Positions 1 to 7,781 of a stretch of DNA of 11,736 bases are shown one piece after another (positions within the stretch are counted from its first letter, which is position 1; each line of letters starts with the position of its first letter). The DNA is from an uncultured bacterium (GTDB taxonomy: Bacteria; Macinerneyibacteriota; Macinerneyibacteria; Macinerneyibacteriales; DSCS01): positions 1 to 11,736 of the forward strand of contig CAZJQC010000034.1 in the NCBI GenBank assembly GCA_964548195.1. Reading direction: 5' to 3'. The notes under the pieces are model-generated. The model did not search any database, had not been told where the DNA came from, and saw nothing but the letters and a program-made list of their open reading frames with translations. Both the position numbers and the translations under genes were made by a program.

Positions 1-1120
1 TGATGGTGCGCGCCTGATCGGCTATGGCGCGGGTGATGGCCTGTCTGATCCACCAGGTCGCGTATGTCGAAAACTTGTAACCTTTTTTATAATCGAACTT
101 TTCAACGGCGCGCATAAGGCCTATATTGCCCTCCTGTATCAGGTCCAGGAACTGCAGCCCCCTGTTCGTATACTTTTTGGCGATGGATATGACGAGGCGT
201 ACGTTGGCGCTTATCAGGTGTTTTTTCGCCCGTTCCACCGTGCGCAGCCCCTTGTTGACCTCAAGGAGTATGATCTTGAGATTCTGCCTGGATTCCCCGA
301 GTGTGTCTTCTGTGGACCTTATGTATTCGTCCAGACCTTTGATCTCAAAATCCATGACGCCGTCTTTAAGCTGCAGTTTTTCAAGCTCCTTCTCCTTTGT
401 CTCAAGGCCTTTCGCGAATATGCGGAACCTGGCGGCCAGGGAATCGATCTGCGGATAGTTGAGGTCCATCTCCTCGACGGCTATGCGCAGCCGTTCCTTT
501 TTGCCCTCCATGAGGACGCTGAGCTTGTTTTTTTCGGATTCCTTTTTGGATTCTTTTATTTTAGCGTAATTTTCACGTATCTCGTTGTATATGCCTTCCA
601 CCTTTGAAAACTGCAGATACACCTTTTCGCGGTATTCCTCCTGTTTTTCGGCGTTATTGATATCATTGTATTCCATATTGACCACGTCTTCGCAATGGCG
701 TTCATCGCATCGTTTGACTCTTTGTGATATTTCCGGCACGATAAAATCGAGCCTGAAGACATGCCGTTTGATTATCTCGTACCCCTCCTCGATCTTTTTG
801 GCGACTTCTATTTCGCCGTCCTTGTCGAGAAGCGGCACTTTCCCCATCTCCCTGAGATAAAGCCTTACCGGGTCGTCAAGTGTGTTTTCATTGAGGGCGT
901 CTTCGAGTATATCGTTGTCCAGTTCACGGTCGCCCTCTTCCTTGTCATCCACCAGCAGTCCGTTTTTCTGCAGTTCCGAGATGATCCTTTCGAAGAATTC
1001 GGGAGAAACGACTTCGTCAGGTATCAGGTCATTAAGTTCCTCATAACTGATGCCGTTCTTCTTTTCGGCTTCGCGGGTGATGTGTTCGATCAATTCAGGT
1101 TCATTCCACGTTCTTTTCAA
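1..1120 (-). CDS. rpoD: Primary RNA polymerase sigma factor RpoD/sigma70; 5' part only, 3' end beyond the left edge of the window
   Basis: Manual translation gives an open frame from TTG at 1120-1118 (GGGAGG SD at 1132-1127, 6-nt spacing) to the window edge. It reads [10 protein letters not shown]..., then region 1.1-like [11 protein letters not shown], region 1.2 [17 protein letters not shown], a long non-conserved region, and region 2 [69 protein letters not shown]. It lies downstream of dnaG, as is typical. Confidence 0.97.
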   Translation of the reverse strand, partial: MKRTWNEPELIEHITREAEKKNGISYEELNDLIPDEVVSPEFFERIISELQKNGLLVDDKEEGDRELDNDILEDALNENTLDDPVRLYLREMGKVPLLDKDGEIEVAKKIEEGYEIIKRHVFRLDFIVPEISQRVKRCDERHCEDVVNMEYNDINNAEKQEEYREKVYLQFSKVEGIYNEIRENYAKIKESKKESEKNKLSVLMEGKKERLRIAVEEMDLNYPQIDSLAARFRIFAKGLETKEKELEKLQLKDGVMDFEIKGLDEYIRSTEDTLGESRQNLKIILLEVNKGLRTVERAKKHLISANVRLVISIAKKYTNRGLQFLDLIQEGNIGLMRAVEKFDYKKGYKFSTYATWWIRQAITRAIADQARTI

Positions 1121-2732
1121 AAATAACCTCCCTTTTCTTTTCGATATCGATCTTTCTCAGAACGTCTTCGAAAAATGCTTCAAAATTCTCATCATCTGTC
1201 CCCAGCGCATCCCTGAGCAGCAGGCTGCTGAGCTGGCTGAGGACTTCACGGTCTTTTACCGTCTCTGTATATCTGCTTTTGCCCGTGTTCTTTTGAACCG
1301 ACTCAAGCACGTTCAGAGCCTCATCCAGCAGGGTATTGTCTGTAAAATAATACCTGATGTCTTCGCCCAGGCCGGAAAGCCTTGCCGCGTATGCGGGGCG
1401 GTCCAGCGCGAAGACCAGGAAAAGCAGTTCGTTCGTCTTAAATGACGGCGCCTTTCCCCGGATCTTTTTATTTTTGACCGTCTCAGGCGGCCTGCTGTTA
1501 CGCACGCCGAAGCGGCGGTCCAGCGCCTGCATATAGAAAGCCGCGGATTCCTTGTCCTTCAAGCCCTTGAAAGAGGCGGCGATGGCCTTGTACGCGGCGG
1601 CCTTTTCCTGCGGATTTGACATGTCCGCGTTTTTTGTCTTTTCCGCCACATAATGGTCGAAACCGGGAGCAGCGCGCCCGATCATATCGTCAAGCGCCTT
1701 TCTGCCGTGTTCCTTAAGCAGTTCATCGGGATCTTTACCCATGTTGTTTTCTATGACATAGCAGGATATGCCTGCCGAAAAAAGGATCTCAAGCGATCTC
1801 ATCGTGGCCCTTTTTCCGGCGGCGTCATTATCAAAAAACAAGTATATCCTCTCCACCCGGTTTTTTAAAAGAGCGGCGTGCTCCGCGGTAAACGCTGTTC
1901 CCAGCACCGCGACCACATTTTTCACGCCATACTGGTACAGGGCCAGCATATCCATGTAGCCTTCCACTATTATGGCGGCTTTTTCCTTATATATGTCGCC
2001 TTTTGTCACATCAAATCCGTACAATACCCGCGACTTCGAAAAAAGCGGCGTCTCGGAGCTGTTCAGGTATTTGGGTTTCTGCTCCTCCCGCAGCGCTCTT
2101 CCGCCGAAGGCTATCACGCGTCCCGAAGCGTCCCGTATGGGAAACATGATCCTGTCGCGGAACATGTCGTACGGCCCGTTCGCTCCGCGCCTTGCGAGAA
2201 ACAACTTGTCGGCTTCCTCCATACTGACGCCTTTTTTCTCAAACAGGGAATAAAGCCGCGCGCCCGCGGCTGACGCATAACCTATGCCGAACTGTTCGAT
2301 AAGGCTTTTCATCACTTTTCTGTCCTTCAGGTACAGCCTGGCATCCCTGGCCGCGGCATCGTTCATAAGGTTATCGAAATAATGGCCGGCCGCCATCGCG
2401 TTTATCTCCCTGAGCCTGTCCAGCTTTTCGTTCTTTTTGACGTTCCCGAGGCTTACGCCGGCCTCATCCGCCATCTTTTTCAGGGCGTCGGGAAACGGTA
2501 TGTGTTCATACTCCATCAGGAACTGTATCACATTGCCGGATTTGCCGCAGCCGAAACAATGAAACAGCCCTCTTTCCTCGCTGATCGAAAGGGACGGCCC
2601 CTTGTCGTCGTGGAACGGGCAGACGGCCATGAAGTTTTTACCTGTCTTTCTGACATTTATGTACCGGCCGATAACGTCTACAATATTGACCTTATCCAGT
2701 ATCTGTGATATAATGTCCCGATTATCGTTCAC
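1101..2732 (-). CDS. dnaG: DNA primase
   Basis: 543-aa ORF with CHC2 zinc finger (CPFHDD...FHCFGC), [30 protein letters not shown] motifs VEGYMD and FDNDAAG, and KDPDEL. GTG start. Overlaps the rpoD start by 20 nt. Confidence 0.97.
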   Translation of the reverse strand: MNDNRDIISQILDKVNIVDVIGRYINVRKTGKNFMAVCPFHDDKGPSLSISEERGLFHCFGCGKSGNVIQFLMEYEHIPFPDALKKMADEAGVSLGNVKKNEKLDRLREINAMAAGHYFDNLMNDAAARDARLYLKDRKVMKSLIEQFGIGYASAAGARLYSLFEKKGVSMEEADKLFLARRGANGPYDMFRDRIMFPIRDASGRVIAFGGRALREEQKPKYLNSSETPLFSKSRVLYGFDVTKGDIYKEKAAIIVEGYMDMLALYQYGVKNVVAVLGTAFTAEHAALLKNRVERIYLFFDNDAAGKRATMRSLEILFSAGISCYVIENNMGKDPDELLKEHGRKALDDMIGRAAPGFDHYVAEKTKNADMSNPQEKAAAYKAIAASFKGLKDKESAAFYMQALDRRFGVRNSRPPETVKNKKIRGKAPSFKTNELLFLVFALDRPAYAARLSGLGEDIRYYFTDNTLLDEALNVLESVQKNTGKSRYTETVKDREVLSQLSSLLLRDALGTDDENFEAFFEDVLRKIDIEKKREVIFEKNVE

Positions 2733-2888
2733 ACCTATATAGATGCAGTTAAATCAAAAAAGTTGCACATTTTTCACCTTTTTTCCAAAAATAAATAATA
2801 ATGTTCGCGATTTATTCAGAAAAACGTGACACAAACCCTTTTTCCATGGCTGACATGACGCATAACGGACTGTCCGGCCCCGGCCGGC

Positions 2889-3746
2889 TCATGCACCTAT
2901 TATTATATCCATGGCCAGGTCCGCGGCGGGAGCGGAATGTGTTATGGCCCCCGTTGAGACATAGTCTATATCCAATTTCCCCAGGGAAATAAGACGTTCA
3001 ATGGTGATCCCACCCGACACTTCGATCTTTATAGAAGGATCCAACCTCCTTATCTCTCTGGCAGCAACTTCAACAGCCGCATTATCCATATTATCAAGCA
3101 TGATGACATCGCAGCCTTCTGCAGCGGCTGCTTTAACCTCATCCAGTGTATCCGCCTCCACTTCAATGCGATAATCTTTTAGGTTTTTACGTATGCTCCG
3201 CAATGCGTTTACAACGCCGCCGCAGACCTCTTTATGATTATCCTTGATCATGACCATATCGTAAAGTCCCATCCTGTGGTTAACTCCGCCGCCGCATCTC
3301 ACGGCGTATTTATCCAGCATCCTGTAGCCGGGAAGAGTCTTTCGTGTATCCAGGAGTTTTACCTTATCCCCCAGGGCCTTCACGTAATCACGCGTCATGG
3401 TTGCCACGCCGCACATGCGCTGGAGAAAGTTAAGGACTATACGCTCGCCTTTCATGACAGAAGCGGCTTTCCCCGAGACTTTAGCTATGACTGTGCCTTT
3501 TTTCACAAAACTGCCGTCTTCTTTCAGAATATCCGCGTTGATTTTTTTATCGATACGGCTGTACAAGGCATGTATCACATCGGTGCCGCACACTACGAGG
3601 TCCTGCCTTGCGATTATGGCAGCCTGCGCTTTTTCACCGCTGAATACATTATCGGAAGTGACGTCGGCACCTGCCGGCCCAAGATCCTCTTCCAGCGCCA
3701 GGGTTATCAATTCTTCAAGTCTTTTCATATCGATATTATCCTTCAT
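2889..3746 (-). CDS. nadC: Nicotinate-nucleotide diphosphorylase (quinolinate phosphoribosyltransferase)
   Basis: 285 aa with LEEDLG..DVTS, GERIVLNFLQRMCGVATMT, LLDTRKTLPG, NHRMGLYDMVMIKDNH, IEVEADT, IMLDNM, EVSGGI and STGAITHSA. ATG overlaps the uvrB TGA (ATGA at 3746-3743), with a GAGGAG SD upstream. Confidence 0.96.
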   Translation of the reverse strand: MKDNIDMKRLEELITLALEEDLGPAGADVTSDNVFSGEKAQAAIIARQDLVVCGTDVIHALYSRIDKKINADILKEDGSFVKKGTVIAKVSGKAASVMKGERIVLNFLQRMCGVATMTRDYVKALGDKVKLLDTRKTLPGYRMLDKYAVRCGGGVNHRMGLYDMVMIKDNHKEVCGGVVNALRSIRKNLKDYRIEVEADTLDEVKAAAAEGCDVIMLDNMDNAAVEVAAREIRRLDPSIKIEVSGGITIERLISLGKLDIDYVSTGAITHSAPAADLAMDIIIGA

Positions 3747-5734
3747 ATCTTTATCTCCTCTTCCCAGCGTTTCCGCAGTTCAAAGACCTTGTCCCTCACG
3801 GAGGCGGCCTCCTCGAAAAGAAGCTGTTCGCTTTTTGCCTTCATCAGGTCCGTCAGCTGTTCAATGGCTGCGGGTATTTCTTCACGCGGCAGTTTCTTTG
3901 TGTCGAACTCGAAGCCTTTCTGTTTGTCACTGCGTTTTTCATTCAGCATGGTTGAGAATTTTATGTCCTTTATTATCGTCTTGGGCACGATGCCGTGCTT
4001 TTCATTAAACGCGTGCTGTATGGCGCGTCTTCTTGATGTCTCGTCTATGGCCTTTCTCATGCTGTCTGTGATGCTGTCGGCGTACATGATCACCCTGCCG
4101 TTCACATTTCGGGCTACCCTGCCCGCGATCTGTGTCAGGGACCTGTGCGAGCGGAGGAAGCCCTCCTTGTCGGCATCCAGTATGAAAACGTCCGAGACTT
4201 CCGGCAGGTCAAGGCCCTCTCTCAAAAGGTTGATGCCGACCAATATGTCAAACTCTCCGGATCTGAGTGCGTTGAGTATCTCTATGCGTTCAAAGGTATG
4301 TATTTCCGAATGGAGGTAATCCGCCTTGAATCCTTTCTCCTTCAAATAGGAGGTAAGGTCCTCCGCCATCTTTTTCGTCAAGGTGGTGACAAGTATCTTA
4401 TCTCCCCTGGCTATGACTTTTTCGGCCTCTGCCATGAGGTCGAACACCTGTCCTTCCGTCCTGCGCACCTCGATGACCGGGTCCAGCAGTCCCGTCGGCC
4501 TTATGACCTGCTCCACCACGGCGCCGCTGACTTCACTTTCGTAATCGCCGGGCGTGGCCGAGACATAAAGCGTCCTGTCGATTATGGAGTCGAACTCCTC
4601 AAAATAAAGCGGCCTGTTATCCAATGCGGAGGGCAGCCTGAAGCCGAACTCCACGAGTTTTGTCTTTCTGGCGCGGTCACCGTTGTACATGCCCCTTATC
4701 TGAGGCAATGACATATGGCTTTCGTCTATTATCATGAGAAAGTCTTCAGGAAAATAATCCAGCAGCACGAACGGACGTTCGCCTTCCTCCCTGCCGGTGA
4801 GATAGCGCGAATAATTTTCTATTCCCGAGCAGTATCCAAGTTTTTCAAGCATCTCAAGGTCGTACTTTGTCCTCATCTCAAGCCGCTGCGCCTCGAGAAG
4901 TTTTCCCCCGGACTCGAACAAAGCGACCTGTTCCCGCATCTCCCGTTCTATAAGGGACAAGGAGCGTTTCAGGTTTTCCTCTTTGGTGATAAAATATCTC
5001 GCGGGGAATATCTCCGCGCGGTCCACGGCCCGTATCGGTTTTCCGGTAAGGTTGTCGAAAAAGTATATCCCGTCTATTTCATCGCCCCATAATGTCACCC
5101 GGATCGGATTGTTCTCATAGGGCGGGTATATGTCGATAACATCCCCTTTTGTCCTTATGTTGCCCTTATAAAAACCCACGTCATTTCTTTCATAGAATAT
5201 ATCTACAAGTGAGCGCAGTATATCCATCTTGTCGCCGGAACCGCCCGTCGTTATGACGACGGAAGAGTCCTTGTAGTCGCGGGGCGACCCCACGCCGTAT
5301 ATCGCGGATACGCTGGCCACCACGATCACATCCCGCCGTGTCAACAAAGACGTGATCGTCTCAAGGCGCATGCGGTCGATGTCCTCGTTTATGGACGAGT
5401 CCTTTTCGATATAGGTATCGCTTTGGGGAATATAGGCTTCGGGTTGATAGTAATCGAAATAGCTCACATAGTAGCAGACCTTGTTCTCGGGGAAAAAGCC
5501 GGAAAGCTCCGTATAGAGCTGCCCGGCAAGCGTCTTGTTATGTGTAATGATCAGGGCCGGTATGCCCAGCCCCTCTATGACCTTTGAGAATGTAAAGGTC
5601 TTGCCGGATCCGGTGACGCCGAGCAAGGTCTGCCTTTTCAGGCCGCCCCCGCTGAAATTATCGGTTATGCTCTTTATCGCCTCGCCCTGATCGCCCATGG
5701 GGTGAAACGGCGATACGACTTTAAAACCGCTCAC
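3743..5734 (-). CDS. uvrB: Excinuclease ABC subunit B
   Basis: 663 aa with Walker A GVTGSGKT, HNKTLAGQLY, beta-hairpin YFDYYQPEAY, GIENYSRY, DESH, FRLPSALDNRPL, SATPG, EQVIRPTGLLDP, GINLLREGLDLPEVS, and a C-terminal UVR coil (LLFEEAASVRD). GTG start 2 nt after the upstream stop. Confidence 0.98.
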   Translation of the reverse strand: MSGFKVVSPFHPMGDQGEAIKSITDNFSGGGLKRQTLLGVTGSGKTFTFSKVIEGLGIPALIITHNKTLAGQLYTELSGFFPENKVCYYVSYFDYYQPEAYIPQSDTYIEKDSSINEDIDRMRLETITSLLTRRDVIVVASVSAIYGVGSPRDYKDSSVVITTGGSGDKMDILRSLVDIFYERNDVGFYKGNIRTKGDVIDIYPPYENNPIRVTLWGDEIDGIYFFDNLTGKPIRAVDRAEIFPARYFITKEENLKRSLSLIEREMREQVALFESGGKLLEAQRLEMRTKYDLEMLEKLGYCSGIENYSRYLTGREEGERPFVLLDYFPEDFLMIIDESHMSLPQIRGMYNGDRARKTKLVEFGFRLPSALDNRPLYFEEFDSIIDRTLYVSATPGDYESEVSGAVVEQVIRPTGLLDPVIEVRRTEGQVFDLMAEAEKVIARGDKILVTTLTKKMAEDLTSYLKEKGFKADYLHSEIHTFERIEILNALRSGEFDILVGINLLREGLDLPEVSDVFILDADKEGFLRSHRSLTQIAGRVARNVNGRVIMYADSITDSMRKAIDETSRRRAIQHAFNEKHGIVPKTIIKDIKFSTMLNEKRSDKQKGFEFDTKKLPREEIPAAIEQLTDLMKAKSEQLLFEEAASVRDKVFELRKRWEEEIKI

Positions 5735-5736
5735 GC

Positions 5737-6183
5737 CTACCGTACTTCGTCAAGCAGTTTCCTGATCTCAGGCTGATCCGGTTCCGTCTTCAGAGACAGT
5801 TCAAACTCTTCGGCGGCCTTGTCGGGCCAGTCCATGGCTTTATACAGCAGGCCAAGGTTGTTTCTGGCGTGTATGTTGGCGGGATCGATCTCAAGCGAAC
5901 GGAGGTAATTTTTCACCGCGTTCTCAAGATAGTCTTCCTCGTCCGTCTTGTCCTCCCACAGTATCTCCACGGCTATGTCCTCAAGGGCCAGCCTTCCGTA
6001 TGCGACGCCCAGGTTATAAAAAGCCTCCGCGTTGTCCGGATCGATCTCAACCAGTTTTTCATAGGTGCCGATAGCCTTACCGAGTTCACCCCGGTCAGCG
6101 TAAAAATAGGCCAGCTCTGACAAAGCGCCCGCATCGCCGGGGTTGTCCTCAACCTTCTTTTCGATGTCTTTTTTTTCGTTCAT
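5737..6183 (-). CDS. Tetratricopeptide-repeat protein (148 aa)
   Basis: TPR consensus segments (ALSELAYFYADRGELGKAIGTYEKLVEIDPDN, AEAFYNLGVAY, ARNNLGLLY..AAEEFELSLKTEPDQ). Start reassigned from the track's 6249 to ATG 6183, because AGGAGG lies at 6196-6191 and the predicted promoter lies inside the longer ORF. Confidence 0.88.
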   Translation of the reverse strand: MNEKKDIEKKVEDNPGDAGALSELAYFYADRGELGKAIGTYEKLVEIDPDNAEAFYNLGVAYGRLALEDIAVEILWEDKTDEEDYLENAVKNYLRSLEIDPANIHARNNLGLLYKAMDWPDKAAEEFELSLKTEPDQPEIRKLLDEVR

Positions 6184-6205
6184 ATTCGCACCTCCTGCGT
6201 GATTT

Positions 6206-6234
6206 ATGATACCACCGTGACGATGTTTCGTCAA
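6206..6234 (-). promoter_or_regulatory. Sigma70-type promoter for the TPR-uvrB-nadC operon
   Basis: Minus strand reads TTGACG (6234-6229), 17-nt spacer ending TGG, then TATCAT (6211-6206), i.e. -35 plus extended -10. Predicted TSS about 6199-6200, just upstream of the AGGAGG SD. Confidence 0.8.
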
Positions 6235-6242
6235 CATCGTCA
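6218..6242. promoter_or_regulatory. Perfect 10-bp inverted repeat, candidate operator
   Basis: TGACGATGTT (6218-6227), TCGTC, AACATCGTCA (6233-6242). Contains a nested TGACGA-N4-TCGTCA (6218-6233) and covers the -35 of the leftward promoter. The repeat is seen directly; operator function is inferred. Confidence 0.6.
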
Positions 6243-6251
6243 GCCGCATAC

Positions 6252-6279
6252 TTGACTTTTCCGGCCATGCATATATTAT
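6252..6279 (+). promoter_or_regulatory. Sigma70-type promoter for the hypothetical-murB unit, probably leaderless
   Basis: TTGACT (6252-6257), 16 nt, TATTAT (6274-6279), then 6 nt and the ATG at 6286. No SD-like sequence upstream of that ATG. Confidence 0.65.
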
Positions 6280-6285
6280 TCACTT

Positions 6286-6867
6286 ATGAAAGGCATAGTG
6301 TTTTCAATTTTTATCATACTTACGCTCAGCTCCGGGACTGTGAACGTCCGTGATGTGGTAAAAGCTCAAATAGCGGAAAAGACGGGTATGGACGCGCGTA
6401 TAGAGGCCATTTTTGAGAATCAGTCATTATATTCCACCTCTTCCGGAAATATCATGATATATACTGCCGTGCACAATAAACGGGCATACTGTTTTTATGA
6501 CACGGACGCCCCTTCTTCTTTGAGGGTGAAGATAGACCGGGACACCGGGGAGACCCTGCATCCGTCGAGGTACCGGCTCGTGAAGGAGTCGTTGTTCAAC
6601 CCGGCGCTGATGTTTGAATATTTCGAGTTCAGGGACAGGTTCATGCAGGCTGCCGCAGCAGACGCGGACAATCTGTACGAGGCGCTGTATCCGGACACGC
6701 CCCATCCCGGCGCGGACTATTCCAAGATAGACCCGGACTCGGTATCCGAATGGAGGAAAGTCTCCTCCTTTATCAGCCGTTACGACTATCCGCTTTGGGA
6801 AAAAGTACGCGGCGAGGTATTAGGCGTGATCAAAAAGAGGTTTGAGGATGATAGAAAAAAACGTTGA
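6286..6867 (+). CDS. Hypothetical protein with N-terminal signal peptide or membrane anchor (193 aa)
   Basis: ORF fills the gap between the divergent promoter and murB. N-terminus MK followed by hydrophobic GIVFSIFIILTLSSG. 3' end overlaps the murB start. No family recognised. Confidence 0.75.
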   Translation: MKGIVFSIFIILTLSSGTVNVRDVVKAQIAEKTGMDARIEAIFENQSLYSTSSGNIMIYTAVHNKRAYCFYDTDAPSSLRVKIDRDTGETLHPSRYRLVKESLFNPALMFEYFEFRDRFMQAAAADADNLYEALYPDTPHPGADYSKIDPDSVSEWRKVSSFISRYDYPLWEKVRGEVLGVIKKRFEDDRKKR

Positions 6868-7702
6868 CCTTAGATGCTCCAATTCATATTGTCTTGAAGC
6901 CAGCGCGGAATTTTTTTATTCTTATCATGACGAGCGAGAGTTATCGGAGGTGCTCTTCTGGGCCTCAGAAAAAGGACTCCCGGTGCATGTGCTTGGAGGA
7001 GGTTCCAACATCCTTTTTTCAAAGAACAGGATCGCGGGGCTGGTCATCAAGATGGACAACCGTTTTATAGACATAAAAAGCGACAGGGTCGTCACGGGAA
7101 GCGGCGCGGACTCGTCCATGCTCTCAATAGCGTCCCTGGGGGCCGGACTTTCGGGCGCGGAGTTCCTTTACGGATTACCCGGCACCGTAGGCGGAGCGGT
7201 ATTCATGAACGCCAGAGCCTATGACCGTTCCGTATCTGACATACTGGTCAACGCAAGGGCCATGGATATGAAAGGCGGCATCCGGGTCTTAAAAAACGGG
7301 GAGCTCGCTTTTTCCTATAAGGACTCTTTGTTTCAGCATCAAAGGATGATCATCCTTTCCGCGGAGTTCCGTCTTTTGCAGGGAGACCGCGCTGAGATCG
7401 GCAGACTGATGGATTCGGCCATAAGGGGCCGGAGAGAAAAAGGCCATTTCGATTTTCCCTCATGCGGTTCGGTCTTTAAAAACCCCTATGACCTGGGCGT
7501 GCCCGCCGGCAGGATAATAGAAGAACTGGGATTGAAGGGCAATTCATGCGGCGGCGCTAAGATATTTGACCGACACGGCAATTTTATAGTCAACACGGGC
7601 GACGCCAGCGGCAGCGACATACTTGCATTGATCGATCTTATCAAAAAGACTGTAAAAAAGGAAAAGGACTATGATCTTGAGACCGAAGTCGAGATCTGGT
7701 AA
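6848..7702 (+). CDS. murB: UDP-N-acetylenolpyruvoylglucosamine reductase
   Basis: Motifs VLGGGSNILF, GLSGAEFLYGLPGTVGGAVFMNA, FSYKDSLF, PSCGSVFKNP, HGNFIVN and LETEV. ATG 6848 is preferred over TTG 6842 because GAGG at 6837-6840 gives 7-nt spacing. Confidence 0.95.
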   Translation: MIEKNVDLRCSNSYCLEASAEFFYSYHDERELSEVLFWASEKGLPVHVLGGGSNILFSKNRIAGLVIKMDNRFIDIKSDRVVTGSGADSSMLSIASLGAGLSGAEFLYGLPGTVGGAVFMNARAYDRSVSDILVNARAMDMKGGIRVLKNGELAFSYKDSLFQHQRMIILSAEFRLLQGDRAEIGRLMDSAIRGRREKGHFDFPSCGSVFKNPYDLGVPAGRIIEELGLKGNSCGGAKIFDRHGNFIVNTGDASGSDILALIDLIKKTVKKEKDYDLETEVEIW

Positions 7703-7781
7703 TTAACACTATTTTTATCCTGGCCTCATATTAAATTTAAAATCATGCATTAATCTTGTTTCAAAGATTAAGGAGGTCTTT

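Noticed and set aside
2757..2774. Imperfect palindrome AAAAA-GT-TGCA-CA-TTTTT upstream of dnaG
   Set aside because: Mostly A/T runs in an AT-rich spacer, likely chance. No convincing promoter could be assigned nearby.
2866..2887. Overlapping GC-rich palindromes after the nadC stop (CGGAC-T-GTCCG; CCGGCC-CC-GGCCGG)
   Set aside because: Short stems, very small loops and no adjacent U-tract on the minus strand, so not supportable as a terminator or ncRNA.
126..5092. Many plus-strand ORFs, including 3234-4319 (361 aa)
   Set aside because: Shadow frames antisense to rpoD, dnaG, nadC and uvrB, with no recognisable protein features.
5447..5464. UvrB beta-hairpin SYFDYY instead of SYYDYY
   Set aside because: A conservative Tyr-to-Phe change with the other motifs intact, so no evidence of altered function.
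6184..6249. N-terminal extension of the TPR ORF in the track (start 6249)
   Set aside because: It overlaps the predicted promoter and operator, and a strong SD supports ATG 6183.
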